Shown here: piece after piece, positions 39,728 through 48,772 of the stretch | How the letters are laid out: each line of letters begins with the position of its first letter | Position numbering within the stretch: the first letter of the stretch is position 1 | Source of the DNA: an uncultured virus (IMG/VR IMGVR_UViG_3300028592_000009) | Taxonomy: Duplodnaviria; Heunggongvirae; Uroviricota; Caudoviricetes | DNA length: 64,000 nucleotides | Virus record (IMG/VR): IMGVR_UViG_3300028592_000009 | Strand: one strand, 5' to 3' | Notes under the pieces: generated by a model | Database searches by the model: none | What the model saw: only the letters and a program-made list of their open reading frames with translations | What the model was told of the DNA's origin: nothing | Translations under genes and position numbers: made by a program

Positions 39728-40056
39728 CGCTCCATCTTCAGTTCGAGGCAGTTGGACGAGGTGGGCTTGATCGAAGGAGCGGACTCGCAGTAGATCTTCA
39801 ACACCTCACCTTCGATGTGGACTTCGAAGAAGCGACCGAACCTCTTCTCGCTCGCCGTCTTGAAGACGATGCGCGCCTCGTTGGGCAACGCCTCATCCTC
39901 GATGGGATAGCTCGCCTTGAGGAAGGTGTTCGTGTTTGTCACGTCCTGCTCAAGCGCGCGCTGCATGGCGAGGATCGAGTGGCGCAGCGAGGCGATGTGG
40001 TCCTGAGCCCACTTGGGCAGTCGGTCCTCACGAGGGTCGATCTTGTAGTAAACCAT
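39724..40056 (-). CDS. hypothetical protein
   Basis: 'LPKWAQDHI' phage motif; tiling. Confidence 0.6.
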   Translation of the reverse strand: MVYYKIDPREDRLPKWAQDHIASLRHSILAMQRALEQDVTNTNTFLKASYPIEDEALPNEARIVFKTASEKRFGRFFEVHIEGEVLKIYCESAPSIKPTSSNCLELKMER

Positions 40057-40319
40057 CAGGGCCTCCAGCCCAAGCGCCAGGCCACCTCGGCCTCCTCCGG
40101 CGACAGGTTGAGCATGCGGTCGGAGAGCTCGACGTGTTCCTTCCAGGGCTGCTTGGATCCGATGAGGATGATGTCATCCTTGCAGGCGATGCCCTTGCCC
40201 CGCCAGGACCCTCCGCACTCCGGAGCGCAGAGGTGGCGCCCGTCGCACTTGCTCTCGGGGATCATGCACACGCAACTACCCACGAACCGGCCGCAGTTGC
40301 GCTCTTTGTTGTTCGACAA
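40056..40319 (-). CDS. Cys-rich hypothetical protein
   Basis: AGGAGG RBS before TTG; multiple Cys. Confidence 0.5.
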   Translation of the reverse strand: MSNNKERNCGRFVGSCVCMIPESKCDGRHLCAPECGGSWRGKGIACKDDIILIGSKQPWKEHVELSDRMLNLSPEEAEVAWRLGWRP

Positions 40320-40375
40320 GGTTCCTCCTGGAGCCGCGCCCCGTCACAGCGGACGGAGCGCGGCAGTACGGGGTT

Positions 40376-41074
40376 CTACTGAGCCTGCTGCATCAGCTGG
40401 GCGGTGCGGATGAGGAAGTCGTCCCGGTTTCCCTGCGTGACGTCGACGGAGCGGTCCAGGACCTTCAGCTGCCAGGCGCCCGGGACGATCGCGCCGGAGT
40501 CGTCCCGCTTGCGCCGGAGCACCGCGACGCCGATGGTGTTCTTCGGGTTCAGGAGCGACGGCTCGATCCACGCCACGGGCTCCTTGGTCCCGCCGGTCGA
40601 GTCGTACAGCGTCACCTTGATGTTCTTGGCACGCCGCATGGACGATCCGTGCTTGAAGGCGGTGGCGTTGAGCATGATGCTCGTGATGCGAACCGGGATG
40701 TTGCCGAGGGCGAGCCGGATGGTCTCGTCGTCGCCCCCGCCCTCGCCGGTCTGGTTGTCGCCCGTGTGGACGGCGGATCCCGCCGCGTTGCCCTCGTCGG
40801 CGAAGGTGTCGAGCTCGTCCCAGCCGAGGTACTTGACCGGCCGGTCTCCGACGTAGAACGTGGCGACTCCGTCGAGGTCCGAGCCCGCCTTCTTGTTGAC
40901 CCAGCCGAGGAGCCCGCCGGATCCACCGGTGGACTTGTCCCAGCCGAGGCCCATCTCGAGGACCTGTCCGGGGGCGAGCTCGTTCCAGCCGTCGGCCTCC
41001 GTGAGGTTGGCCAGGGTGGCGTAGTCGACAGCGACGGTCGGCGTGATGTAGGGCTGCTTGCTGAGGCTGGCCAT
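40376..41074 (-). CDS. TerD-family protein
   Basis: 'MGLGWD', 'DLDG', 'VHTGDNQTGEGGGDDETI'. Confidence 0.88.
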   Translation of the reverse strand: MASLSKQPYITPTVAVDYATLANLTEADGWNELAPGQVLEMGLGWDKSTGGSGGLLGWVNKKAGSDLDGVATFYVGDRPVKYLGWDELDTFADEGNAAGSAVHTGDNQTGEGGGDDETIRLALGNIPVRITSIMLNATAFKHGSSMRRAKNIKVTLYDSTGGTKEPVAWIEPSLLNPKNTIGVAVLRRKRDDSGAIVPGAWQLKVLDRSVDVTQGNRDDFLIRTAQLMQQAQ

Positions 41075-41124
41075 GTTGGCTCTCCTGTTTGATGTGGACA
41101 CGACGGGAAACCCCGAGGTGTTCG

Positions 41125-41203
41125 CTCCCACGGCAGGGTTCGAACCTGCACATCTACCCGGGTGCGACCCGACCAGCGCTCTGCCATACTGAGCTACGTG
41201 GGA
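41125..41203 (-). tRNA. tRNA-like RNA with extended, non-canonical anticodon arm (nominal anticodon CGC)
   Basis: TCCCACG/CGTGGGA acceptor, TA, GCTC-AGTATGGCA-GAGC D arm, GCAGG-TTCGAAC-CCTGC T arm; 27 nt between D and T arms instead of ~22; no encoded CCA. Confidence 0.75.
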
Positions 41204-41338
41204 AAAGCCGTAGGCGCCCGTTTAAGGACCTATCGGCGCGGGGTCGGCCCCTTTGCCCAGGACCGACCCCGCAGGCTGCGAGAGACCCCAAAGAATCGCT
41301 TCTCGGGGCCTCTCAGAGGGTTGTGCCGACCGCGCCGG

Positions 41339-42184
41339 TTAGAACGGCGGCTCGTCGTCGGACGCCGGGTCGCTCACGACCTCGTCCTCGACCAGCTGGG
41401 CCAGGAGGGCCTTCTTGCCCTTCGGACCCTTGTACTCCTCCAGGTCGGAGTCGTCGTACTCGTACTCCTTGGCGAGCTTCTTCAGCTCGACGAGGGACAT
41501 CTTGGCGGCCTTGTCGTAGTCGACGAGCTCGTCCTCCTCGTCGCCGTCCTCGGCCTCGTCGTCCTCGTCCGATCCGGTCTCGCCGTCCTCGTCGTCGCCG
41601 TCGTCCTCCGGCTCCTCGACGTCCTCCTCGTCGTCCTCGATCTCGTCGTCGATGTCGTCGGACTCGTCCTCCTCGGCGTCCTCCTCCTCGACCTTGGACT
41701 TCGGCTTCCAGCCCGGGTACAGGTCCTGGGGCTCGGCCTTCCAGGGGGCCTCCTCGCCCTCGGGGACGCCGTAGGTGTCGCGGACCCGGGAGAAGGTCAT
41801 GCCCGCGCGGACACCCTCCACCTTCTTGCCGCCGATGGTCTTGATCTTGCCGCCGTCCGCGATCTCCTCGTGGACGATGTCCGCGCTGTTCTTGCCCGCG
41901 ACGGACTGCATGTACTGGGCGACACGGGTCTTCTGGATCTCGGCGTCACCGGGGACGACGCGGTGGAAGGCGGAGTAGCCCTTGCACTCGCCCTCGGTGA
42001 TCTCCCAGACGGAGTTGATGTACGGGGAGCCGGGGTTCTTGGAGTTCTCGCCCGTCAGCCGCATCGACGCCGTCTTCTGCACGACGGGGTAGACGACGTT
42101 GGGCTTCGGGAGCGGGCCCTCGTAGACGCCGAACCCGGAGTCCGTCGAGACGTTGTCCGCGACGCCGAACTTGGTCTTCGCCAT
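41339..42184 (-). CDS. ssDNA-binding protein (DUF669-like) with acidic tail
   Basis: OB-like N-terminus, long Asp/Glu tract, C-terminal DDEPPF; next to the recombinase. Confidence 0.7.
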   Translation of the reverse strand: MAKTKFGVADNVSTDSGFGVYEGPLPKPNVVYPVVQKTASMRLTGENSKNPGSPYINSVWEITEGECKGYSAFHRVVPGDAEIQKTRVAQYMQSVAGKNSADIVHEEIADGGKIKTIGGKKVEGVRAGMTFSRVRDTYGVPEGEEAPWKAEPQDLYPGWKPKSKVEEEDAEEDESDDIDDEIEDDEEDVEEPEDDGDDEDGETGSDEDDEAEDGDEEDELVDYDKAAKMSLVELKKLAKEYEYDDSDLEEYKGPKGKKALLAQLVEDEVVSDPASDDEPPF

Positions 42185-42201
42185 GTGTGTGGTTCTCCTT
42201 G

Positions 42202-42990
42202 TTACTTCGCAGTCGCCGTGCGGCGAGCTGCAGTCTTCTTGGCGGCGGTCTTCTTGGCTGCGGTTCCGGTCGTAGCCGTCATCTTAGCCATGATCTTGGG
42301 AACGGTCGGTTCGTCCATGTACCGACCCAGCTTGTGGAAGCGATCCTTGCCTCGGAAGGGGCCCGTGTGGACGAAGTACATCCGCCGGATCTCCTTGCCG
42401 TCCGAGCCCTCGACCGTCGTCCCGTACCCGGCCACGTTCATGTGTCCGAGCGTCTGCTGGGCGATCTCGCCACGGCCACCGTGGACATAGGGCAGGATGA
42501 ACTCCTCACCCTCGCCGTCCTCCAGCTGCATGGGATGTGCCGTGTAGATCATGTTGATGGGCAGATCGTTGAACTGCATGACGAACTTGATCGTCTGGAT
42601 CTGCGCCTTCTGATGGACCGCGATCGACGGGACGTCGGGGTCCTGCTTGGCCGGATTGGCCTTGTACGAGGCGTCGAGCGCGGACCTCTGAAGGATCCGC
42701 TGCGCGCCGCCGATCGTGTCGACGATGCACCACTCGTACTCCTCGCACCCCTCGTCCCTCAGCCACTTGTACGCGGCCTCCAGGTCCGAGAAGTTCTTGA
42801 TGTCCCACTTGTCCGCGTCCGAGTTGAACGCGGCAGCGGAGATGGTGCCCTCGGGGTCGCACACGAGGAACAGCGCGTTGGGTGCAGTGCCGCTGAACAC
42901 GGTCTTGCCCCAACCGGCGTCCGCCACCACCACCATCCGGATGCGGGCTCGCTGCCCCTTGACCGGGCCGATCGCCTTAGGTCGAGCCAT
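42202..42990 (-). CDS. AAA_24 / Sak4-like RecA-fold recombinase
   Basis: Walker A ADAGWGKT, 'CDPEG', 'CIVDT', 'YTAH', 'GKDR'. Confidence 0.82.
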   Translation of the reverse strand: MARPKAIGPVKGQRARIRMVVVADAGWGKTVFSGTAPNALFLVCDPEGTISAAAFNSDADKWDIKNFSDLEAAYKWLRDEGCEEYEWCIVDTIGGAQRILQRSALDASYKANPAKQDPDVPSIAVHQKAQIQTIKFVMQFNDLPINMIYTAHPMQLEDGEGEEFILPYVHGGRGEIAQQTLGHMNVAGYGTTVEGSDGKEIRRMYFVHTGPFRGKDRFHKLGRYMDEPTVPKIMAKMTATTGTAAKKTAAKKTAARRTATAK

Positions 42991-43162
42991 TGGCTCGCTC
43001 CTCCTTCTCTTCCGTCTCCTGGATGCGGGCCTCGATCTCGTCGATGCGCTCCCGCATGAAGTCGTGATCCTCCTTGGAGATGACCTCCGTTCCGAGCGCA
43101 CGAGCTATGCGGTTACGCAGTCGCTTGCACTCGAACGTCCCGGCCTCCTGGAAGCTCTTCAC
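42977..43162 (-). CDS. hypothetical protein
   Basis: Tiling ORF. Confidence 0.55.
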   Translation of the reverse strand: MKSFQEAGTFECKRLRNRIARALGTEVISKEDHDFMRERIDEIEARIQETEEKEERANGST

Positions 43163-44157
43163 GCGCTCTTCCTGTTCTCTCTGTGGTCCCCATAAGGGTC
43201 CCGTCGCTTAAACATCGAGTCCTTGAATTCCTCCACATCTGCGCCTGCCTCGTCGAGCATGCACATCTTATGGAATTCGCAGCGCCACTCACAGTCCATG
43301 GTGGGCCGCTTGTACATCGGAAGGAGCCCCTTGCGGAACGCCTCCATGTGGATGGCTTCGTTCTGGATCCGGCGCTCCATAGTAGCGCGTTCACCCGACG
43401 ACCGCCACACAACCTCACGCTGGAAGTTGGGGGCGGGCTGTCGCTTGGAGACTGAGCCATCCTTGTTCAGCGCCTGACCCTTGGAGTCCCGTGGCCGGTC
43501 GTCCGGCAGAGCCTTGCGCATGAAGTTGTAGGTGATCCCGGTGATGGACTCGCGCGGACCGATGAGACCCTGCTTGCGCAGCACGCTCGTCGCCACGTAC
43601 CAGTAGGAGCCCGCCTGGTCGTCCAGGGGAAGATGCCCTAGCCGGATGCCCGCTGCGGTCTTGTGCTCCATGAGGAAGATCTCGCCCGTGCCCAGGTCCC
43701 TGTACACCCCGTCGAACGTGCCGACGTACCTGACCAGAGCCTTGCGCTTGCCGCTGGGGAGCCTGGCGACTCGGGGGTCGGCGATGAGGAGGCGGAACGT
43801 CTGCTCCGTGGCGATAACGTCCCACGTCGGGTCGTCGCCGTACAGGTTGACGTACTGCTCCATCATCGACACGCCCAGCTCCCGGGCGTTGACGTACTTG
43901 AGCTCGTCCTCTTCGAACTCCAGCGGGATGAAGCGCTCCTCATCGTCGCAGAAGTCCTCCCAGGTGTCAGCCGGGTGCGGACCGCGCTCCAGCCCCTTCT
44001 GATACCACTCGGCGAGGGCGAGATGGATGCCCTGACCGAACCAGAGGGGGTTGCTGTCGCGCCTCGCGGCCAGGCCCTCGTTCGTGGACCACTGCCACTT
44101 CTGGGGGCACTCCTTGAACGTCCCGCGCTCGGAGGTGCGCAGCATCTGGATGCTCAT
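43159..44157 (-). CDS. Cas4/RecB-like PD-(D/E)xK exonuclease
   Basis: N-terminal 'FKECP', 'FGQGIH', 'GTFDG', 'EHKT', C-terminal 'CEWRCEFHKMC'. Confidence 0.85.
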   Translation of the reverse strand: MSIQMLRTSERGTFKECPQKWQWSTNEGLAARRDSNPLWFGQGIHLALAEWYQKGLERGPHPADTWEDFCDDEERFIPLEFEEDELKYVNARELGVSMMEQYVNLYGDDPTWDVIATEQTFRLLIADPRVARLPSGKRKALVRYVGTFDGVYRDLGTGEIFLMEHKTAAGIRLGHLPLDDQAGSYWYVATSVLRKQGLIGPRESITGITYNFMRKALPDDRPRDSKGQALNKDGSVSKRQPAPNFQREVVWRSSGERATMERRIQNEAIHMEAFRKGLLPMYKRPTMDCEWRCEFHKMCMLDEAGADVEEFKDSMFKRRDPYGDHRENRKSA

Positions 44158-44378
44158 GTCAGGCGGAGCTCCTCGTTGGCGTGGATGAGCCGGATCTCGT
44201 GGTAGCTGATCAGGCTGCCCTCGTTGACCATGAGGGCGCCCTGCACGGGTCCCGAGGTCCAGCCAGTGCGGAGCTCGGGGTCGTGGTTCTTCGCCTTGTC
44301 CCGCGTCGTGAAGACGCCACGGACAACCGGCTGCTGGTCCTTGGGCTTGAGGATGAGTGCAAACAGAGGAAGCGACAT
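44154..44378 (-). CDS. hypothetical protein
   Basis: Tiling ORF. Confidence 0.5.
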   Translation of the reverse strand: MSLPLFALILKPKDQQPVVRGVFTTRDKAKNHDPELRTGWTSGPVQGALMVNEGSLISYHEIRLIHANEELRLT

Positions 44379-44467
44379 GGCTAGCTACTTTCGTGCAAGG
44401 AGCCCTGCCCCGGGGGAGGTTGGGGCAGGGCTCCAGTCTTGCGGGTTGTGCGCGGCTCTCGCGCCGA

Positions 44468-45010
44468 TCAGAGCTCGTCGTCCTCGTCGAACGCGGCGAC
44501 CGGCGCGGCCTTGGCGGCACCCCGGCGACGGCGGCCCACGGAGCGGGCGGCGGGCTTCTCCTCGGCCGGGGGAGCGGCCTTGGGCGCCGGGGCGCCCCGG
44601 CGGCGACGGGTGGTCGGCTTGGGGGCCTCCTCCTCGTCCTCGTCGTCCTCCTCGGCGGCGGCGGTCTCCGCCTTCTTGGCCTTGGCGGCAGCGGCGGCGG
44701 CCTTCTTGGTCTCCGCCTCCTCCTTGGCCTTGCGACGGGCCTCGGCGCGCTCCGCCTTCTCCTCCTCGGCCTTCTCGGCGGCCTCGCGCTTGGCGGCGAG
44801 GACGGCCTGGTTCTCGGGGGACTGCTGGAAGGGGATGCGCAGGGAGCACGCGAGCTGGACCGTGCGGACGTCGATCTCGTCCTCGTCCAGGCCGGTGTTC
44901 TCGCTCAGCCAGACCGCGAAGCGCTGGTGGAGGTCGGTCGGGTCCTTCTCGAGCAGATGGGCGTACTGCGGCTCTTCGACGGGTGCCTGCTTGGCCTTGG
45001 CGTTCGCCAT
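44468..45010 (-). CDS. PTDLH-family protein paralog 1 with Lys/Ala/Glu-rich tail
   Basis: Shares the PTDLH...TVQL...FQxSPENQA domain with 51442-51927 and 56925-57485. Confidence 0.75.
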   Translation of the reverse strand: MANAKAKQAPVEEPQYAHLLEKDPTDLHQRFAVWLSENTGLDEDEIDVRTVQLACSLRIPFQQSPENQAVLAAKREAAEKAEEEKAERAEARRKAKEEAETKKAAAAAAKAKKAETAAAEEDDEDEEEAPKPTTRRRRGAPAPKAAPPAEEKPAARSVGRRRRGAAKAAPVAAFDEDDEL

Positions 45011-45075
45011 GGGATTCTCTCCAGGTGTGTGTGGCTTGCGAGGGGAACCTTACCCCAATTTGTGACGACGTGTTG

Positions 45076-45246
45076 TTAGCTCTCCGAGTCTTCGGAGCTC
45101 CCTCGATGTCCATATCGACGGATGATGATGGAGCGGAGGACGAACCCCTGCTGACCATCCCGAAGCCCCTTCTTGTATGCCCTGTTGGCCGCCATGATCG
45201 GTCCAAGAACAGCGATCACCGCGACTGCCCAGTACACAAAGTTCAT
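45076..45246 (-). CDS. small membrane protein (56 aa)
   Basis: Read by hand: MNFVYWAVAVIAVLG...; ATGA overlap with helicase stop. Confidence 0.5.
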   Translation of the reverse strand: MNFVYWAVAVIAVLGPIMAANRAYKKGLRDGQQGFVLRSIIIRRYGHRGSSEDSES

Positions 45247-47132
45247 GCCTTCTCCTTCAGCAGCCTCCTGCCAAAAGCGACCCCGCGCCGAGCATCCAGG
45301 ATTTCCTTCTGGATGACGTCCTTACCCACGTTCAATTCGGCGATTCGTTCGTCGATGGAGCCACGGGCGTAGAGGTAATGGATAGTGACCTTGTGGATGC
45401 GAGAGACCCGGTGGATGCGGTCCTCAACCTGCTCCTGATCGTCAGGGACCCAAGTCTCGTCCATGAAGAACAGCTCGTCGCAGTGCTTGTCGAGGTCGAT
45501 GGCGACCCCGCCTGCGGACGTGTTCAGCAGCATGATGCGAGGTCCGCCCTTGGACTGGAACGACTGCTGAGCCGTCAGCCTCTGCTTGGTCGAGACCTTG
45601 CCGGTGATGCGGAGCGTCGGTACGCCGATGTTGTGGAACTCGTCGGCCATCGCGTCGATCACCTGGGTGAACTGGGAGGCGATGACGAACTTGTTGCCGT
45701 CGTCGTACCGACTGCCCCCGATCACGCCACGTTGCTCCAACAGCTCAAGCAGATATGTCCACTTGCAGCTGTCCTTGAGGATCGGAACTCCGTCCGTCCC
45801 TCGGAACGCCGTCGCGATCTGCTTGAGGTAGGTGAGCTCGGCCAGAGCCGACGTGGCCGTGATCGCGTCGTCACCGAACATGACCTCGCCCTCGTCCTGC
45901 ATCTCCTCATACTGACGAAGCTGCTTGGGACTGGGCTCGCACCAGTGCTCGATGGTCTGCTTGGGCGGGAGGTCGGGTGCGACCTCGGCCTTGGTCCGGC
46001 GCAGCATGATCGTGTCGAGCGACTTGTAGAACGCCTTCTCACGAGCCGGGTTGATGCCCAGCATCTTCTGCCCGAACGGCCCCTTCTGAACATCCATGTA
46101 CTGCTCTGCCCACGCCCACTTGGCTCCGTAGGACTCGCGGTCCAGCCAGTACAGGACGCCCCAGAAGTTCTCCGGGTTGCCCTTGATCGGGGTGCCAGAC
46201 AGCGCGATGAGCGAGCCGTCCTCGTCAACCTTGAGCCTGCACAGCCCCTCGGCGACGAGCGTCTTCTTGTTGGCACCCTTGATGCCTCCGAGGAAGCGGT
46301 GCGACTCGTCGAGCGTGACCGTGTTCCAGGTCTTGGTGAACAGCTCGGGGAACTGCACGTGATACGGACGAGGCGCCGTGCCGTGCTGCTCCTCGCGATG
46401 GTCGACATCCTGCTGAGGATCGTTGAAGTCCTCGACGAACGACTTGCACTTGGAGCACCAGCGACCCAGCTTGATGCGCGCGGTCTCGGGGTTGGTGATG
46501 AGGAACACTGTGTCCGCCTCACTGGCGAGCGCGGCCTCCATCCCCTTGCGCTTCTGCTTCTCGCTGCCGGTCATCACGTGCACATCGAAGTTGGTCCACT
46601 TGCGAACCTCCTTCTCCCATGTGATCCGGACGGCGGTGCTGGGGCAGAGCACGAGATGGTGCCCCTTGTGCACCCCACGCTCAACGATCCCGGCCAGAGT
46701 CTGGATAGTCTTGCCGAGCCCTGGCTGGTCGGCGAGCAGGACGCCCCGGGTTGCGTTGGCGACGAACGCCGCGCCCACCCTCTGGTACGTCCTCGTCTTC
46801 ATTGCCTCGCTCACCTCAGGAAGGATCTCCCTGACGCGCTCCAGGCGGAAGTTCTTGTGCTTGCCGATCCGGCGCATCGTCCCCTCCTGTGCCACGGCCT
46901 CACGAGCCCACTGTTCGAGCCGTGGCCCGATCACGAGCATATCCGTGAAGACGTGACGCAGGAGCCTGCAGGTCTGCATGTTGAGCGGGTACGTCCACCA
47001 TCGGTTGGGCCTGGAGAAGTTCCAGCCCGGCACCGCCTTGCACATCTCCTCAAGGCCGTGAAAGTAGTCGCACCGCAGGATGATGCGGTCGCCCTTGTCG
47101 CTGAGTTCGATCCTGATCTTGACCTCGGGCAT
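45243..47132 (-). CDS. SNF2-family helicase
   Basis: 'YQRVG', 'LADQPGLGKT', 'DESH', 'LSGTP', 'MLRRTK', 'QVEDRIHR'. Confidence 0.92.
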   Translation of the reverse strand: MPEVKIRIELSDKGDRIILRCDYFHGLEEMCKAVPGWNFSRPNRWWTYPLNMQTCRLLRHVFTDMLVIGPRLEQWAREAVAQEGTMRRIGKHKNFRLERVREILPEVSEAMKTRTYQRVGAAFVANATRGVLLADQPGLGKTIQTLAGIVERGVHKGHHLVLCPSTAVRITWEKEVRKWTNFDVHVMTGSEKQKRKGMEAALASEADTVFLITNPETARIKLGRWCSKCKSFVEDFNDPQQDVDHREEQHGTAPRPYHVQFPELFTKTWNTVTLDESHRFLGGIKGANKKTLVAEGLCRLKVDEDGSLIALSGTPIKGNPENFWGVLYWLDRESYGAKWAWAEQYMDVQKGPFGQKMLGINPAREKAFYKSLDTIMLRRTKAEVAPDLPPKQTIEHWCEPSPKQLRQYEEMQDEGEVMFGDDAITATSALAELTYLKQIATAFRGTDGVPILKDSCKWTYLLELLEQRGVIGGSRYDDGNKFVIASQFTQVIDAMADEFHNIGVPTLRITGKVSTKQRLTAQQSFQSKGGPRIMLLNTSAGGVAIDLDKHCDELFFMDETWVPDDQEQVEDRIHRVSRIHKVTIHYLYARGSIDERIAELNVGKDVIQKEILDARRGVAFGRRLLKEKA

Positions 47133-47539
47133 CAGCCCTCCCAGACGATCTGGCTGCGTCGGAGTCCTGCGTTCAGCAGGACCTCCCAACACTTGTGGCA
47201 GGGCTCACGAGTTGTGTACAGCACACACGCCCTCGTGATCGGGTTGCCACGCTTGAAGAACTTGTTGATCGCGTTGATCTCCGCGTGGACGGCGGTGCAC
47301 CGGCCAACCCCGTCGAACCGAGCGCCGTGGGGAAGCTGATCGGTCGACATCTGGCCGCGCGGGCAGCCGCCGTCCTCGCAGTTGGTCTCGCCGGAGCGAG
47401 GACCGTTGTAGCCGACGAAGACCTCCTGGTTGTCCACCACGAGGACTGCACCGACTTGATCACGGAGGCAGGAGCTCCGGGTCGCCACCGAAGCAGCAAC
47501 CCCGAGCCACACCTCTGGCCAACTGGCCCTTCTAGACAT
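47132..47539 (-). CDS. dCMP deaminase
   Basis: 'RSSC...VGAVLV', 'GYNG', HAE and PCxxC zinc motifs. Confidence 0.9.
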   Translation of the reverse strand: MSRRASWPEVWLGVAASVATRSSCLRDQVGAVLVVDNQEVFVGYNGPRSGETNCEDGGCPRGQMSTDQLPHGARFDGVGRCTAVHAEINAINKFFKRGNPITRACVLYTTREPCHKCWEVLLNAGLRRSQIVWEG

Positions 47540-47732
47540 GAGCGATCGCCACCGACAGGTACATGATGCCGACGCCGAACGCGGCCATGCCCGGCAGCAC
47601 GAACGACTGGTCCTCGTCCGGGTGCAGGAACCAGCGACGCTGCACAGCGAGCACGATCCCACCCGTAACGGTGATGGCCGTCATGTAGCCCAGCATCCAG
47701 ATGAGCATGCTGACGGTGATGGCGATGTTCAA
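47532..47732 (-). CDS. small membrane protein
   Basis: Two hydrophobic segments. Confidence 0.5.
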   Translation of the reverse strand: MNIAITVSMLIWMLGYMTAITVTGGIVLAVQRRWFLHPDEDQSFVLPGMAAFGVGIMYLSVAIAHV

Positions 47733-47749
47733 GTCCCTGTCCTGTCTTG

Positions 47750-47971
47750 CTAGTTGCGAGGCGCCGTCGCGGACGGCGTCGGCTTCACGTTACCGTCCTT
47801 CGGAGCGGCGTCGTCCATCTCGCACCCCTGGAGGATCAGGAGTCCGATCGCGCCGACCGCCACGCCCTTGAGGAACGCGCTGGTGGTGTTGCCGTGTATC
47901 TTCTCGACGCTCTCCTTGGAGAGCGACATGGGAGTCCCCTTCGGGATCTTCTCCCAGGTCATCTTCGCCAT
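47750..47971 (-). CDS. small membrane/lipoprotein-like protein
   Basis: Hydrophobic stretch ending in LQGC. Confidence 0.55.
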   Translation of the reverse strand: MAKMTWEKIPKGTPMSLSKESVEKIHGNTTSAFLKGVAVGAIGLLILQGCEMDDAAPKDGNVKPTPSATAPRN

Positions 47972-48109
47972 GGCCCGTCCTTCCCACGGGTCAGGGAGGG
48001 TCCGGCGCGGCCCGCTACGGGGTCGTAGGCGGCCTGCCGGGCCCTCCCGAGTACCTTTGCCCGACCGGTCCGAGATCGGCCCTTACGCGGCCGTCTAAGG
48101 CTTCCGGAC

Positions 48110-48772
48110 CTACGACCCGCCGGTCAGCTTGTCGTAGCAGATGTCGCCGATGCCCCGTTCGCGAGTCCGCTCGTTGGTGAGCGGGCTGCTGCAGACTCCG
48201 CACTGTCCGACCTTCTGGCCGAAGAGGGCGAACGCCTCCGTGGGGTTCTCGTGGATGGCGCTGAGGATCTTGTACACCCGCAGCAAGCGGCGCCGACGGA
48301 AGTCGCCCGGAGCTCCGGTGAGCTCGCTGACGTCCATCCGTCGATTGCCTCGTCCGTCGTCCATGAGGCGGTGAACCTGGTAGAACCGGATCGTCTCGTC
48401 CTCGGACTGGAGCGCGTACTTGCCGGGCTTGATGGACAGGAACTTGTCGTCCCAGCCCGCGTACCCGGCCTGTGCGCCACGGACGTACGGCTGCTTGAGC
48501 ATCCTGGAGATGAAGGAGCTCGCGTCGGCGAACCCGAGCGAGTTGATCATCTCCTCGTACTCGGCCTTCTCCAGCTCCTTGTACTCAGCCAGCCGCTCCC
48601 GCTCCCGACCCAGCGCGTGCGCCAGGGACAGCTGCTTGTGAGTGGACTTGGCCTGGAGACCGTGGCTGTGACGGAGGACACGGTCGTGGGCGGTCTCCCG
48701 GGGCCGAAGCCCCGAGCAGGTCCTTACATCGTCGACCGTGTCGTGCTCGCCCTTGCAGTTACCGCACCTCAT
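48110..48772 (-). CDS. DUF6011-like zinc-finger protein
   Basis: N-terminal CGNC..H..C; C-terminal 'CGVCSSPLTNERTRERGIGDIC'. Confidence 0.7.
   Translation of the reverse strand: MRCGNCKGEHDTVDDVRTCSGLRPRETAHDRVLRHSHGLQAKSTHKQLSLAHALGRERERLAEYKELEKAEYEEMINSLGFADASSFISRMLKQPYVRGAQAGYAGWDDKFLSIKPGKYALQSEDETIRFYQVHRLMDDGRGNRRMDVSELTGAPGDFRRRRLLRVYKILSAIHENPTEAFALFGQKVGQCGVCSSPLTNERTRERGIGDICYDKLTGGS

Noticed and set aside
41520..41700. (TCG/TCC)n-like low-complexity tract
   Set aside because: It encodes the Asp/Glu-rich SSB linker; not an independent repeat element
43159..44157. Cas4-like gene as evidence of a CRISPR-Cas system
   Set aside because: Stand-alone phage exonuclease in an exonuclease-recombinase-SSB module; no cas1/cas2 or array
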